Assembly: GCA_965216315.1 (NCBI GenBank)
Contig: CBDCFN010000015.1
Coordinates: forward strand, 1-64,000
DNA: 64,000 nt
Source: a bacterium
Lineage (GTDB): Bacteria; UBA10199; 2-02-FULL-50-16; JAJFLM01
Direction of reading: 5' to 3'
Shown: piece by piece, positions 8,778-19,032 of the stretch
Layout of the letters: each line of letters opens with the position of its first letter
Numbering within the stretch: the first letter of the stretch is position 1
Position numbers and translations under genes: made by a program
The notes under the pieces: generated by a model
Database searches by the model: none
What the model saw: the letters and a program-made list of their open reading frames with translations, nothing else
Told to the model about the DNA's origin: nothing

Positions 8778-10043
8778 ATGATCACAGCACTGACATTCAA
8801 TGCATCCACCTGTTTACTCGCCTCCGCCAAATTTTCGGCCCCGGATGCCGACTGGCTCCGCGAGGCCTATCAAGGCCGCTTTCCGGTCGCGAGCCCCGAC
8901 ACCTATTCCAGTGAAATCATCGAGTCCGTCCTCGGCACGCCGAGCCAGTTACCCAAGTTTCACTTAGCACTCCTGGAGGCGTTCGCCACGGCACCTGATC
9001 CGGGCAGCCGAAATCAATTTTTCAACGCCCATGCCATCCAACATGTCTTCACCGACAATGCACAAGCAAGAAGTTGGGGCGGGCTTGAAAACGTGCTCCT
9101 CCAAGGACTCATCGTCCTCGCCCTGACAGATTCGGCTCAGCCGCTTCAAGCCCTCCATAGTATCTTTGAAGCAATGCGCCATGGTTTGTCACAGGCCGCG
9201 CTGGCCAAGGTCATCGGTGACACGCCCTTTCTTGAGGAGATCCGCAACAAACGAGATGAGTTACCAACTTATCAATATCTCCAAAGATTAGCGCGCCACG
9301 GCTATGCCCATGAACAGCTCGCCAAACAGATCAACGGAACTCGATATACCGCTTATATTAATGACATGAGACTCGCCCGCAAGGTCGTCTCCGTCTGCGC
9401 TGATATGGAGTTGTGCATCAAAGAACCTCATCGACGTACTTGGGCCAGTAATCTCTTAGGTGATGCCATCAAGAAACTAGTGCGTTTGGAGCGCACCCTC
9501 GGCGTTGAGGAACTTTTTGTTCTCCTGCAAATTGTTCCCAATCCTCACATCCGAGCCATCCGAGAGAGCTGGCAAGAGCGTCAATTTAATATTGAAATCC
9601 TCAGTCCAACGGAATTCGACGCGCTTGTCGCCGGATGGGACGGCCCACCGGTTAAATACAGCCTCTTCATTCAAGGCGGCGTGACCCAACGCGACCGCAT
9701 CATCATCCGCCAACTTCCGCCGCTAAGCCTCGAAAGCTACGCGGCGGAGCAAGAAGCCTTTCAAGAAATAACGATGCGGCTAGTCGGACTTGTCCACGAA
9801 GCGGAACACTGGCGCCACACTTCAGGTCATTATCAGTGGGACGAAGCGGCATCGGAGCCGATCGATCTCGACGGCATCAGCTATCATGATCGCATGGTCT
9901 CGGAATTGATGGCGGACTTTGAAGAATATCGCTGGCGCGTGCGGCATCTCGACAACATGCCTTACGAATTGGCGCGACGCACGGGCCAAACGCTGGCCCT
10001 TCATTTTAGGGGACTGCATGAAATCGCTTACAGAGTCAGATGA
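8778..10043 (+). CDS. Hypothetical protein with an HExxH zincin-like motif
   Basis: AAGGAG RBS; LVHEAEHWRH followed by a distal SE..A..EE. Confidence 0.6.
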   Translation: MITALTFNASTCLLASAKFSAPDADWLREAYQGRFPVASPDTYSSEIIESVLGTPSQLPKFHLALLEAFATAPDPGSRNQFFNAHAIQHVFTDNAQARSWGGLENVLLQGLIVLALTDSAQPLQALHSIFEAMRHGLSQAALAKVIGDTPFLEEIRNKRDELPTYQYLQRLARHGYAHEQLAKQINGTRYTAYINDMRLARKVVSVCADMELCIKEPHRRTWASNLLGDAIKKLVRLERTLGVEELFVLLQIVPNPHIRAIRESWQERQFNIEILSPTEFDALVAGWDGPPVKYSLFIQGGVTQRDRIIIRQLPPLSLESYAAEQEAFQEITMRLVGLVHEAEHWRHTSGHYQWDEAASEPIDLDGISYHDRMVSELMADFEEYRWRVRHLDNMPYELARRTGQTLALHFRGLHEIAYRVR

Positions 10044-10074
10044 CGACCACTTTCTAGGTTCAAACTATTGATTA

Positions 10075-12060
10075 TCATTCGTCGGCAGAGCTCTTTTTCA
10101 ATGACTCCTGCAATGGAGGACGAATATTTCTGGTGGCTTCAAATGCTGACGGTTTTATGCGCGTTTCTATCTTCATAGGGTCGGTCCCGGCGCGCGCCGC
10201 CATCGCGAAAGGCGGCGCCTTTGGCCGCGATAACTTGGCCTTTTCGACTATAGCACGTGCATGAAGTTTGGGGCGGGCACCCGCTTTCGAATTTTGCAAG
10301 GCTTCGTATTTGGCCAAGACCGTCGTATATTTTGCGATACCCGCGTGCACGGCCACGTCGGCCAGGGTTCGTTCCCCGCTTTCAATCTTCCTAAGAAGAA
10401 CCTCGAGTCCAATGCGCGCCGCGTGAAAAGTACCCGCCGGAGAAGGAGACGCACCCTTACGGTAGGGACCCAAGCTGATTGGATTTTCCTCGGTGCCAAA
10501 TATGGCCATTTCGCTCGGTGTGGGAGCGTATTTTTCTGCCGGCATCGTATCGGCTTCACCAAAAACTCGCTCCGCCTCGCTTATCTTACCCCGACTCTTA
10601 TTCGTCGCAGCACTCAGTTTACCACCCAAGAGCGCATCGACTCCCTTGTGGGCGAGCGCAAAACGGACGTAGCCCAAGACATCATGGACCAAGGCCTCCT
10701 TTTCGCCGCCAACAGCCCCTTTGCTGAGTTCCAGCGCTTCACCGGCCTTACGACTCGCCACCATGCCGGTCAGAGCCGCGCCATGACCGGCCGCTCCTAT
10801 TAAAATTTTGCCGCCGGTCGTCACTCCTTTCTCGGTCGCCATGCCGAGACTTTTCGCAGCACTTCCCCCCAGCGCGCGGCCGATGCCACCGAAGCCTTTT
10901 AAAGCCCCGAGCATCATGGCCGTCGCCGCGTAGCTCTTCATCAAATTCTCTTCACTAAAAACTTTACTGACGTCACGACTCAAGGCTTCCTTACCGGTCG
11001 ATAAAGCCCACAGCGCCGTTGTTTCGGCACCAAATTCCGCTGCCAAGCTGAGACCGACCGTTGTCTTCGATCCGATGTGGCCCGCCTTCACGGCCTTACT
11101 CAAAGCTGTCAGTGTTTTCAGCCGCGCAAGACTCCCGAGTCCCGCGGATACAAACATCAAGCCGATGTCTGCCGGCAAACTCTCTCCTTCCGGCGACATC
11201 ATAAACTTGTAGGCGGCGCGCCCGACACTGCTGTCACCTTCGAGCGCCTTCTTACCTGTCTTCGCCGTGACACGAACGTCTTTGTCTTCGGCGACTTCTT
11301 TGACTAGAGAATAGAGAGCATAGGGGCTGTTCACGGCGTGATGATGGGCCTCAAAACGAAAACCTTGGTCCAACAAATTTTTGGCCTTTTCGTCGGAGGG
11401 TGAACTTTCGCTGGTGTAATCAATAAGTCGGACGATCGGAAACTCGTGGGGACCCGCTAAGGGCCGATCATCAGGAAACCACTTGGCCTCGCTTTTTTTT
11501 ACCCGATCCAGCTCGTCTAAATAGTAACGCGCACTTTTCTTGAGTGGAGCCGAACCATGTTTCTTGATATGACCGAGGGCCTCCTTGATTGTCTTGGCCT
11601 CACCGGCTTCGATGCGCTTCTTCAGTTTCGTGACCAGCAGACGTTCATCGGCCCAGTATTTCGCGTGGTCATCATGTAAAGTTTTTTCGTCGCTCCGATA
11701 TGCTGAATCGGCAAAGGCCTTGAGATGTCCGGTGACACTGGTTGCTTTGTCCTTTTCCAACGCGGCCGCTTCTTCGTTATAAACGGCCCAGACATCTAGA
11801 GCCGCGAGATTAACGGCACGGCGGCGTTCATCTGTCCGTATGGTAATGGCCTCAGCCTCTTTCGATACCGTGGTCAGGGCCTTGAGACCAAGGTGCTTTA
11901 AGTAACTCATTCCCGATGCCTCATCCGGACCCAGTTTGGGGAATGCCTTCGTCGCAGATCGCGTTGTTTCCATGGGAGTATCCGTGCCGACTTTGCTGAG
12001 CGAATCGATGGCTGGCACCATCGCATCCGCAGCCAGCAAGAGAGGACTCATGCGACTCAT
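10075..12060 (-). CDS. Large hypothetical protein with Gly/Ala-rich hydrophobic helices
   Basis: 661-aa ORF, ATGA overlap with the upstream ORF; several glycine-rich membrane-type helices in the middle region. Confidence 0.75.
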   Translation of the reverse strand: MSRMSPLLLAADAMVPAIDSLSKVGTDTPMETTRSATKAFPKLGPDEASGMSYLKHLGLKALTTVSKEAEAITIRTDERRRAVNLAALDVWAVYNEEAAALEKDKATSVTGHLKAFADSAYRSDEKTLHDDHAKYWADERLLVTKLKKRIEAGEAKTIKEALGHIKKHGSAPLKKSARYYLDELDRVKKSEAKWFPDDRPLAGPHEFPIVRLIDYTSESSPSDEKAKNLLDQGFRFEAHHHAVNSPYALYSLVKEVAEDKDVRVTAKTGKKALEGDSSVGRAAYKFMMSPEGESLPADIGLMFVSAGLGSLARLKTLTALSKAVKAGHIGSKTTVGLSLAAEFGAETTALWALSTGKEALSRDVSKVFSEENLMKSYAATAMMLGALKGFGGIGRALGGSAAKSLGMATEKGVTTGGKILIGAAGHGAALTGMVASRKAGEALELSKGAVGGEKEALVHDVLGYVRFALAHKGVDALLGGKLSAATNKSRGKISEAERVFGEADTMPAEKYAPTPSEMAIFGTEENPISLGPYRKGASPSPAGTFHAARIGLEVLLRKIESGERTLADVAVHAGIAKYTTVLAKYEALQNSKAGARPKLHARAIVEKAKLSRPKAPPFAMAARAGTDPMKIETRIKPSAFEATRNIRPPLQESLKKSSADE

Positions 12061-12284
12061 GACTCCATGCCCCTTTCTTTAGAGCAGAGACTCTCCACTT
12101 GAAGCGGCACCGCACCAAACCAGCGCGCCATCGGAAAATGCGGTGGCTCCGTTACGGTCAATTCTTTTTGGTCCACTTCTTCCGTTGAAACATCAGTCAT
12201 TGCGCGAGGACGCATCTTCTCCGTTGGCGCCTCGCACTGACATGGTGCTTTCGGTCTGACAATTTTTATTGTTGTCGTCATCAC
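12057..12284 (-). CDS. Small hypothetical protein
   Basis: GAAGGA RBS; translationally coupled to the 661-aa ORF. Confidence 0.5.
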   Translation of the reverse strand: MMTTTIKIVRPKAPCQCEAPTEKMRPRAMTDVSTEEVDQKELTVTEPPHFPMARWFGAVPLQVESLCSKERGMES

Positions 12285-12345
12285 GTGTCCTTCAACTTTG
12301 ATTCCCGTCCAGTAGTTCCTTCAAAAAATCCTCTTTCACTTGGGA

Positions 12346-12422
12346 GTCATCCTGAGCAGAGCGAAGGATCCCCTGGCATCAAATGATTTAGGGGGATTCT
12401 TCGGCTTCGCCTCAGAATGACA
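12346..12422. repeat. REP-like palindromic element (GTCATCCTGAG...CTCAGAATGAC family)
   Basis: GTCATCCTGAGCAGAGCGAAGGATCCC ... GGGATTCTTCGGCTTCGCCTCAGAATGAC inverted arms. Confidence 0.8.
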
Positions 12423-12557
12423 TCGAGTTTTGCAAGACCTTCCTTCATGATTAATAATTACCGCACCCCCGCGCGTCGTTAGACAACACGAGGGTGCGGT
12501 TTCGGTGCGATAGAGCTGGATGGAAAATACTGACCCGCACCGCCTACCCCTCACTAG

Positions 12558-12574
12558 AGCAAGAGCCCTGCCAA
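12558..12574 (-). promoter_or_regulatory. Sigma54 -24/-12 promoter
   Basis: TTGGCAGGGCTCTTGCT; divergent from the kinase/sigma54-activator operon. Confidence 0.75.
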
Positions 12575-12797
12575 GCGGGAACGGTTCCGCGCTTTCCCCT
12601 TAACCCCTTGAAATTCATTGGTATCTCTTGGCACTTTGGTCAAAAACGCCTCGAAATCTATCCGAGCCTTAGCTGTATTGAAGTGTCTAATTACTACGAA
12701 AGTCATATAGCTATTTGAAATTATTGGTTATTTTTGGCGGGCTTTAGCTGCGCGTGAATGTCTACTGCTGTGCGGTCATTTGTGAGATACTCAAAGG

Positions 12798-15680
12798 ATG
12801 GCCGACGAAGCATTCGGACGCTATCAATTAGTCCGCGAGCTGGGCCGCGGGGCGACGGCCGAGACCTGGCTCGCGCGTGACCAACAACGCGGACAAAAGC
12901 CCATAGCCCTGAAACGCTTCACTCGTGAATGGTCGGCGGAACAGGCGGATTGGGTCCACCACGAGTTGTCGCTCCTCTCCCAACTGTCGCACCCCTACAT
13001 CGCCGCTCTGCAAGACTACGGGAATGAAAACGAACAATTTTATTTATCTACGGAATATATCGAGGGCGAAGATTGGATCCATGCCACGAGAGGGGTGGAT
13101 CAAAATAAAATCATCTGGTTCGCCCTGCAATTACTCGAGGCCTTAGACTATCTCTATTTTCGTAACGTCATTCATCTCGATCTCCATCCCGGCAATGTGT
13201 TGATCGCAAAGGAGTCCGCAGAACAGTCGAGCTCCATCAAACTCATCGACTTCGGCCTCGCCTCCATCTCTCAACGCGCGCATCAATCGGCGGCGATCGG
13301 CACGCCACCCTTTACCGCACCGGAGTTTGCGCTGCGCCGCACCCTCGATACGCGCAGCGATCTCTACTCCGTCGGCATGCTGCTCTACTACGCGCTTAGT
13401 CCCGTCCCGCCTTTCAAGGCAGAAGACAGCGTCGAGGCCTTAAACCAGCAACTCTCCATCGACCCGCCGCTGCTCAACCAATTGAATCCGAATGTCGACA
13501 CTTCACTCGCAAACTACGTCGCGCGACTCATCGCACGCGATCCCAAACAACGCTATGAAAACCCCCGGGCCGCCTTACTCGGCTTACAGGAAGCCCTGCA
13601 CGAGACGGTTGCTAAAACGAGGCTCCACCCCATCCCTATTTTTGAAGATGTGCAGCTTTTTTTCCGAAACGATACGCCTGAACTTATCGACACCATCCTG
13701 CAGAACGCGGGGCAATGGGTCATTCGCGCCGAGAGTGGCATGGGCAAGACCTTTCTGGCGCAGGCCATGGAACGCTACGCATGGCAACAACAGCGCAAGG
13801 TACTCCGTTTCAAGGGGAGTGAATGCGTTTTAATGACACCCCAATCCGGTGACATCATCATCATTGACGACGCGGATGAAGGCCCCGTTCGTGCCTGGCT
13901 GGAAGCCCATCAACCCCAGCACTGCGTCCTGCTCGGCAAACAGCTAAAGTGGGCAACAAGTGAAAATGGATGGCAACCACACGAACTCGACGCACTCACA
14001 ATTCCCGAAATCACTCAGGCACTCCAAGCAATTTTTGAAAGCGCCGATGAGGTTCCATCGAAACAATGGCTTACCATAACTCATGGAATACCGCTTCACA
14101 TCGTGACTCACGCACGTAACTTGATAGGACAACATCAAATCACGTGGACGGGACAGCACTGGCAAATAAATCCAGATGTCACAATACCTAAGCCTGAACT
14201 TAAAGATCTGTTGGAACAGCGACTCCTCTCGTTACTGAAGCTAAGTCGTATCGCGCTGGATGCTGAAACCCTTGCGACATGGTTGGACGGTCCCAGTGTG
14301 ATGGAGGTCGAGGCCCTCCTTGACCGGCTCCACCATCGTGGGGAAATCCAACGTGACATCGAGTCCGGACAGATCACCTTTACCGGCACCGAAGATCGTG
14401 AAACCACAGGACCCGATGTGCTCCCCCTGACTGACCTCATGCCGCTCTTAGAAAAATGTTACGACGAAGGGCGTTACGAAGCCGGTCTCCAATTGTGTAA
14501 ACGCAATGAATCCAAGGAACTCCGGCTTATCCGGGCGCGCCTCCTCGTCGGAGCGGGACATTATGACGAACTCGACAGTCTGCTTGATGAGGCGTTTGCC
14601 GCAGCGCTTAATCCCGCCGAGCAAGCCCTCGTCTGGGAAACGCGTGCCAAATCAGCCTTGTTTCGTGGAGACTATGACGGCGCAGAACAATACTTAACGA
14701 CGGCCCTCGACTTGGCCCGCACGAGCGAAAGCCGGGCGACCGCGGTGCGCGTCCTTTTGCACCAGGGAATTTTATGGCAACGCCGTGGGGAACTGAAGCG
14801 CGCACAACAATGCTACGAGGAGGGCTTAAAAATGGCGCCGGATACCCAATACGCCGAACTCTTTCACGGTACGCTAACCCTCAACCTCGCCAACCTCGCC
14901 TATGACCAAAGTGATTTTAGTTCCGCGCAACCACTCTACGAAACGGCCTTGAGTTCACTCAAAAAGACCCGCCATTCAGCCGTCACGGCCCAGGCCACCC
15001 TTAATTACGCCAACCTTTGCTTTTATCTGGGGCAAGTAACTAAGGCCGATTACCTCACGCGTGAGGCACTCCACCTCGCGGTCCGTTATCGTTACTTTCT
15101 GACCCAGGGGCGCGCCCTTTTATTGTTGGCGATGATCGAATCGAAACACGGTAATCCGCGCCGCCAAGGCGAACGCATCGCGGAAGCCCTATCTCTCTTT
15201 GAAACCGCCGGTCTCGCCTTTGAAATGGCCCAAACCCGCATTCAAGCGGCCTACTATTACTTCGGCGCCGGTCAGCTCATGCGCGCCGAGGCGGAGGCCC
15301 AACAAGCCCTCGAATCCGCGGAAGACATCCAGGCCTCTGACCTCGCCGCCCAGGCCCGTTTGATCCTCGGTCGCGTTCTCCGCGCGGATCAAAGTCGCAA
15401 ACAAGAGGCGCACACCCATCTCGAGGCCGCCCGCCGACACTTAGCCTCCGGCAAGAATTCACAATTGCAATGGGAATGTGAATTCGAATGTGCGGAATTA
15501 GCACGTGAAGCCGGAGACTCGGAACAAGCCGTCCAACATTATCGCGCCAGTCTGCACACTATCGATAAAATTCTTAGCCGCTTGGATGCAGCGCAACAAA
15601 AAGCCTTTCTGCGGGATCATAAACGCGACAAGATCGAACAAGCTATCCACTTAGTCGAAGGAGCCCGTCATGACGCTTGA
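12798..15680 (+). CDS. Ser/Thr protein kinase with AAA-like P-loop and TPR repeats
   Basis: LGRGA, IALK, HLDLHPGN, DFG, GTPPFTAPE, SDLYS; AESGMGKT; C-terminal TPR-like helices. Confidence 0.88.
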   Translation: MADEAFGRYQLVRELGRGATAETWLARDQQRGQKPIALKRFTREWSAEQADWVHHELSLLSQLSHPYIAALQDYGNENEQFYLSTEYIEGEDWIHATRGVDQNKIIWFALQLLEALDYLYFRNVIHLDLHPGNVLIAKESAEQSSSIKLIDFGLASISQRAHQSAAIGTPPFTAPEFALRRTLDTRSDLYSVGMLLYYALSPVPPFKAEDSVEALNQQLSIDPPLLNQLNPNVDTSLANYVARLIARDPKQRYENPRAALLGLQEALHETVAKTRLHPIPIFEDVQLFFRNDTPELIDTILQNAGQWVIRAESGMGKTFLAQAMERYAWQQQRKVLRFKGSECVLMTPQSGDIIIIDDADEGPVRAWLEAHQPQHCVLLGKQLKWATSENGWQPHELDALTIPEITQALQAIFESADEVPSKQWLTITHGIPLHIVTHARNLIGQHQITWTGQHWQINPDVTIPKPELKDLLEQRLLSLLKLSRIALDAETLATWLDGPSVMEVEALLDRLHHRGEIQRDIESGQITFTGTEDRETTGPDVLPLTDLMPLLEKCYDEGRYEAGLQLCKRNESKELRLIRARLLVGAGHYDELDSLLDEAFAAALNPAEQALVWETRAKSALFRGDYDGAEQYLTTALDLARTSESRATAVRVLLHQGILWQRRGELKRAQQCYEEGLKMAPDTQYAELFHGTLTLNLANLAYDQSDFSSAQPLYETALSSLKKTRHSAVTAQATLNYANLCFYLGQVTKADYLTREALHLAVRYRYFLTQGRALLLLAMIESKHGNPRRQGERIAEALSLFETAGLAFEMAQTRIQAAYYYFGAGQLMRAEAEAQQALESAEDIQASDLAAQARLILGRVLRADQSRKQEAHTHLEAARRHLASGKNSQLQWECEFECAELAREAGDSEQAVQHYRASLHTIDKILSRLDAAQQKAFLRDHKRDKIEQAIHLVEGARHDA

Positions 15681-17400
15681 TACGGATATTCAGACGACAG
15701 ATCTACTGAATTTGTTGGAGAAAAATAAACAACTGATCACCAGCGGTGAGCGCAGCAAGCTCCTCAACTTCATTCTTGATGAAGCGATTCGCCTCAGTGG
15801 CGCGGAACGCGGTTTTATTATCTTAAAAGACGAGAAATCGCTCACACCTGTTGCCGCACGCAATATCGACAAAGAGGCCATCAAACAGGCCCAAAAGAAG
15901 TACAGCAAGACAGCGATTACCCAGGTGATGGAGACCGGCGAACCGCTTATCGTCATGGATGCCGCCCAGGATAAAAAATTGAAGCAGGCTAAAAGCGTGA
16001 TGGAAATGAAGCTTCGTTCGATCCTCTGCGTCCCCATGCATGTCAGTGATGAACCGTTAGGGGCTCTGTATCTCGACAACCGTTTTACGGAGGGGGCCTT
16101 TCAGGAAAAACAGGTCCGCATCGTGCACCTCTTTGCCGATCAAGCCGCCCTGGCCTTGAGCGCGCTCGATGCCCTCGATCAAAGCCGCAATCATGCGGCT
16201 GAATTGGATCGCCTGCAGCAGCAACTCGCTGCCTTTAATGAAGAGCTGCAAGACAAGGTCCAGTCGGCCGAACGCGAACGCGATGATGCAATAACGCGCC
16301 TGGGCCAAGAGCCGTTACACAAAGACTTCCCCGGCATCATCGGTCAGTCCAAGGCCCTGCGCCAAGTCCTTCGCACGATCCGCCAATTTAAAGACTCCGA
16401 AGTTCCCGTGTACATCCACGGTGAATCGGGTACGGGCAAAGAACTGATCGCCCGTGCCATCCATGCCAATTCGCCGCGGCGCGGGAAGAGCTTCTACGCG
16501 ATCAACTGTGCCGCCTTTTCGGAACAACTGCTCGACAGCGAGTTATTCGGTCACGTCCGTGGCGCCTTTACCGGCGCCGAACGCGATCACAAAGGCCTCT
16601 TTGAAGAAGCGGATGGCGGGACCTTCTTCTTGGACGAGGTCGGTGAAATGAGCCCCAGCATGCAGGGCAAACTCTTGCGTGCGATCCAGGAAAAAGAGAT
16701 CCGGCCGGTGGGTTCCAATCGCCCCAAGAAAGTCGATGTCCGGATCGTTTCCGCAAGTAATAAAGATCTTCAACAGATTATGAAAGAAGGCGCCTTTCGC
16801 GAGGACCTGTATTATCGACTCAACGTCGTGCGACTCGATTTACCTCCGTTGCGCGAACGCAAAGAGGATATTCCCGATCTCATTCGCCATTTTTTACGCA
16901 CCAACGATATCGGTATTCCACAAGATTTCTTAGGCATTGAAGAGGAGGCCATGCAGCTGCTCGCCAACTATAATTGGCCCGGTAATATTCGCGAGCTGCA
17001 AAACGAAATCCATCGGGCCCTCGCCCTCGGCAAGGGCGAAGTCACTGCCAAGCTCCTGTCCCCGGAAATTCGCGAGGCCCGTCACGACTGGGACAACGCC
17101 ACGAGTACACGGAAACTGGACCCGGCCCTCAAGGCCTTTGAGAAACATCTCATTCTTCGCGCCCTGGATAGTCACCAAGGCAACAAAAAGCAGGCCGCCG
17201 AACAGTTGGGCATCTCCCGCGCCCGCCTCTACCAAAAGATCAGCGAACATGGCCTCTCCGCCCAGCACGGCCGACTTACCATCCGCCAACTCCGCCAGGC
17301 CCTGCGAGAAGCGCGTGGCAACAAGGCCCTGGCCGCACGCCGGCTCGGAATCGGTCGTAGAACCCTCTACGACCGCCTGAAAAAGCTCGGCGAGATTTAA
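15670..17400 (+). CDS. Sigma54-dependent enhancer-binding protein (GAF-AAA+-two Fis HTH)
   Basis: GAF domain, GESGTGKE, GAFTGA, LDEV, WPGNIREL, two GNK..AA..LGI.R..LY HTH motifs. Confidence 0.93.
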   Translation: MTLDTDIQTTDLLNLLEKNKQLITSGERSKLLNFILDEAIRLSGAERGFIILKDEKSLTPVAARNIDKEAIKQAQKKYSKTAITQVMETGEPLIVMDAAQDKKLKQAKSVMEMKLRSILCVPMHVSDEPLGALYLDNRFTEGAFQEKQVRIVHLFADQAALALSALDALDQSRNHAAELDRLQQQLAAFNEELQDKVQSAERERDDAITRLGQEPLHKDFPGIIGQSKALRQVLRTIRQFKDSEVPVYIHGESGTGKELIARAIHANSPRRGKSFYAINCAAFSEQLLDSELFGHVRGAFTGAERDHKGLFEEADGGTFFLDEVGEMSPSMQGKLLRAIQEKEIRPVGSNRPKKVDVRIVSASNKDLQQIMKEGAFREDLYYRLNVVRLDLPPLRERKEDIPDLIRHFLRTNDIGIPQDFLGIEEEAMQLLANYNWPGNIRELQNEIHRALALGKGEVTAKLLSPEIREARHDWDNATSTRKLDPALKAFEKHLILRALDSHQGNKKQAAEQLGISRARLYQKISEHGLSAQHGRLTIRQLRQALREARGNKALAARRLGIGRRTLYDRLKKLGEI

Positions 17401-17465
17401 GAAACTCCTTTAACGTGCAGGCCGATAATAAGTAGTGTAGACTTAAGAGTGTTCATGGAGGCGCC

Positions 17466-18155
17466 TTGAAACTATTGAGAATCAGCAGCCTATTCCTGAC
17501 GATCCTGCTCCTGACCGGCCAGAGTCAGTGTGGCTCGAGTTCGGGACTGACCTCGGCTCCAGCCACGGAGACGGAAATATCTGACAGTGAAAGTAGCGAT
17601 ACTGTCAGCACGGTCGCTGATTCGGCCACGACACCCAATCCCGTTACCGAAGAAGTGAGCGCGGCGGATCCGAATCCGACCTGGAGTCCGTCGAGCGCGG
17701 GCAGCATCGGTTGCGCCGAAGCCACCTTGGTCGCATGGGTCTCACTCGACAATAATGCCACGCTAGAGCAGGAATTTTTCTCTTTCGAAGTCAGAGCTCG
17801 GGAGATCGGTGCCAAAAGTAAGTATCTCTTGCTCGAGACCCATGAGCTACAGACTCATAACCTCCGTTATACCCCGCTCGATGCAACGCTCTGGAAGGTA
17901 CAGATAGGGATCACTTCATCGACACCCTCACCGCCGCTCGTCGTTTCAATGGACGGCTCCTCTACCAATCCTCAAGAAGAATGGTGCGATGACCTTCATA
18001 CGACCATCGAGCAAAAAGAATTCATGCTCATTGGTCGCTATGTACGCCCTCGAATGTCTTGGGAAAAGAGAGCCGCTCCGCTTACCTTTGATGCAATCAC
18101 GGGTGAGAATAGTACCGTTGAAATCAATCCCTTTATCCTCGAAGCGCGGGAATAG
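17466..18155 (+). CDS. Hypothetical exported or lipoprotein-like protein
   Basis: GGAGG RBS, TTG start, hydrophobic leader ending ...GQSQC, Ser/Thr-rich linker. Confidence 0.6.
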   Translation: MKLLRISSLFLTILLLTGQSQCGSSSGLTSAPATETEISDSESSDTVSTVADSATTPNPVTEEVSAADPNPTWSPSSAGSIGCAEATLVAWVSLDNNATLEQEFFSFEVRAREIGAKSKYLLLETHELQTHNLRYTPLDATLWKVQIGITSSTPSPPLVVSMDGSSTNPQEEWCDDLHTTIEQKEFMLIGRYVRPRMSWEKRAAPLTFDAITGENSTVEINPFILEARE

Positions 18156-18164
18156 CAAACATTC

Positions 18165-19016
18165 TTAGCTTCGCCCCTTCTGGGCCATTTCGGCCCAGGT
18201 TTCGGGCGGGATTTTGGTGCCCCAATTAAACTCGCCACCGCTCTGCAACCATTCGCCGCCGTCAATCGTAATCACTTCACCGTTGATGTACTCGGAGAAG
18301 GGGCTGACCAGATAGGTTGCGAGATTGGCCAACTCATCGTGTTCACCGACGCGCTTTAACGGAACGCGCTCGGTCATCACCTCTTCAAAGCCCGGCGGGA
18401 CCAGGCGTTCCCACGCCCCGGGCGTCGGGAAAGGTCCCGGCGCGATCGCATTGCAACGAACGCCACGGCCACCCCATTCGACAGCGAGGGAACGGGTCAT
18501 TGCCAACACCCCGGCCTTGGCACACGCGGAAGGAACCACGAAGGCCGAACCAGTCCAGGCATAGGTCGTGACAATATTCAACATCATTCCCGACTGCTTG
18601 GCCTCCAACCAGCGCCGACCGATTGCCAACGAACAGTTAAAACTGCCCCGGAGAACAATCCCCTCAACGGCGTTAAAAGCATTGTATGAGAGTTTTTCAG
18701 TGGGGCTGATAAAGTTACCCGCGGCATTATTAATCAACCGCGTCGCTCCCGACGGAAAATTCTTCCAGACTTCGTCCGCCATCAACTCAACCTGTTCGGG
18801 ATCACGGACATCGCACGAAACGGTCAGGACCTCCGGAGCCCCTTTGGCCTTCATCTCTTCCGCGGCTTTATTCAACTTATCTTTATCGCGACTCGTCAGC
18901 ACAATGGATGCCCCTAATTCGGCAAAGCGCAGTCCCATCGAACGGCCCAGACCACTGCCGCCACCGGTGATGATGATCACTTGGTCTTTGAGCAAACCGG
19001 GTTGATAGAGTTCCAT
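18165..19016 (-). CDS. SDR family oxidoreductase (2,4-dienoyl-CoA reductase-like)
   Basis: TGGGSGLG, NNAAGNF, SACAKAG, IAPGP motifs. Confidence 0.88.
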   Translation of the reverse strand: MELYQPGLLKDQVIIITGGGSGLGRSMGLRFAELGASIVLTSRDKDKLNKAAEEMKAKGAPEVLTVSCDVRDPEQVELMADEVWKNFPSGATRLINNAAGNFISPTEKLSYNAFNAVEGIVLRGSFNCSLAIGRRWLEAKQSGMMLNIVTTYAWTGSAFVVPSACAKAGVLAMTRSLAVEWGGRGVRCNAIAPGPFPTPGAWERLVPPGFEEVMTERVPLKRVGEHDELANLATYLVSPFSEYINGEVITIDGGEWLQSGGEFNWGTKIPPETWAEMAQKGRS

Positions 19017-19032
19017 AATGAGTTTCCTTCCT

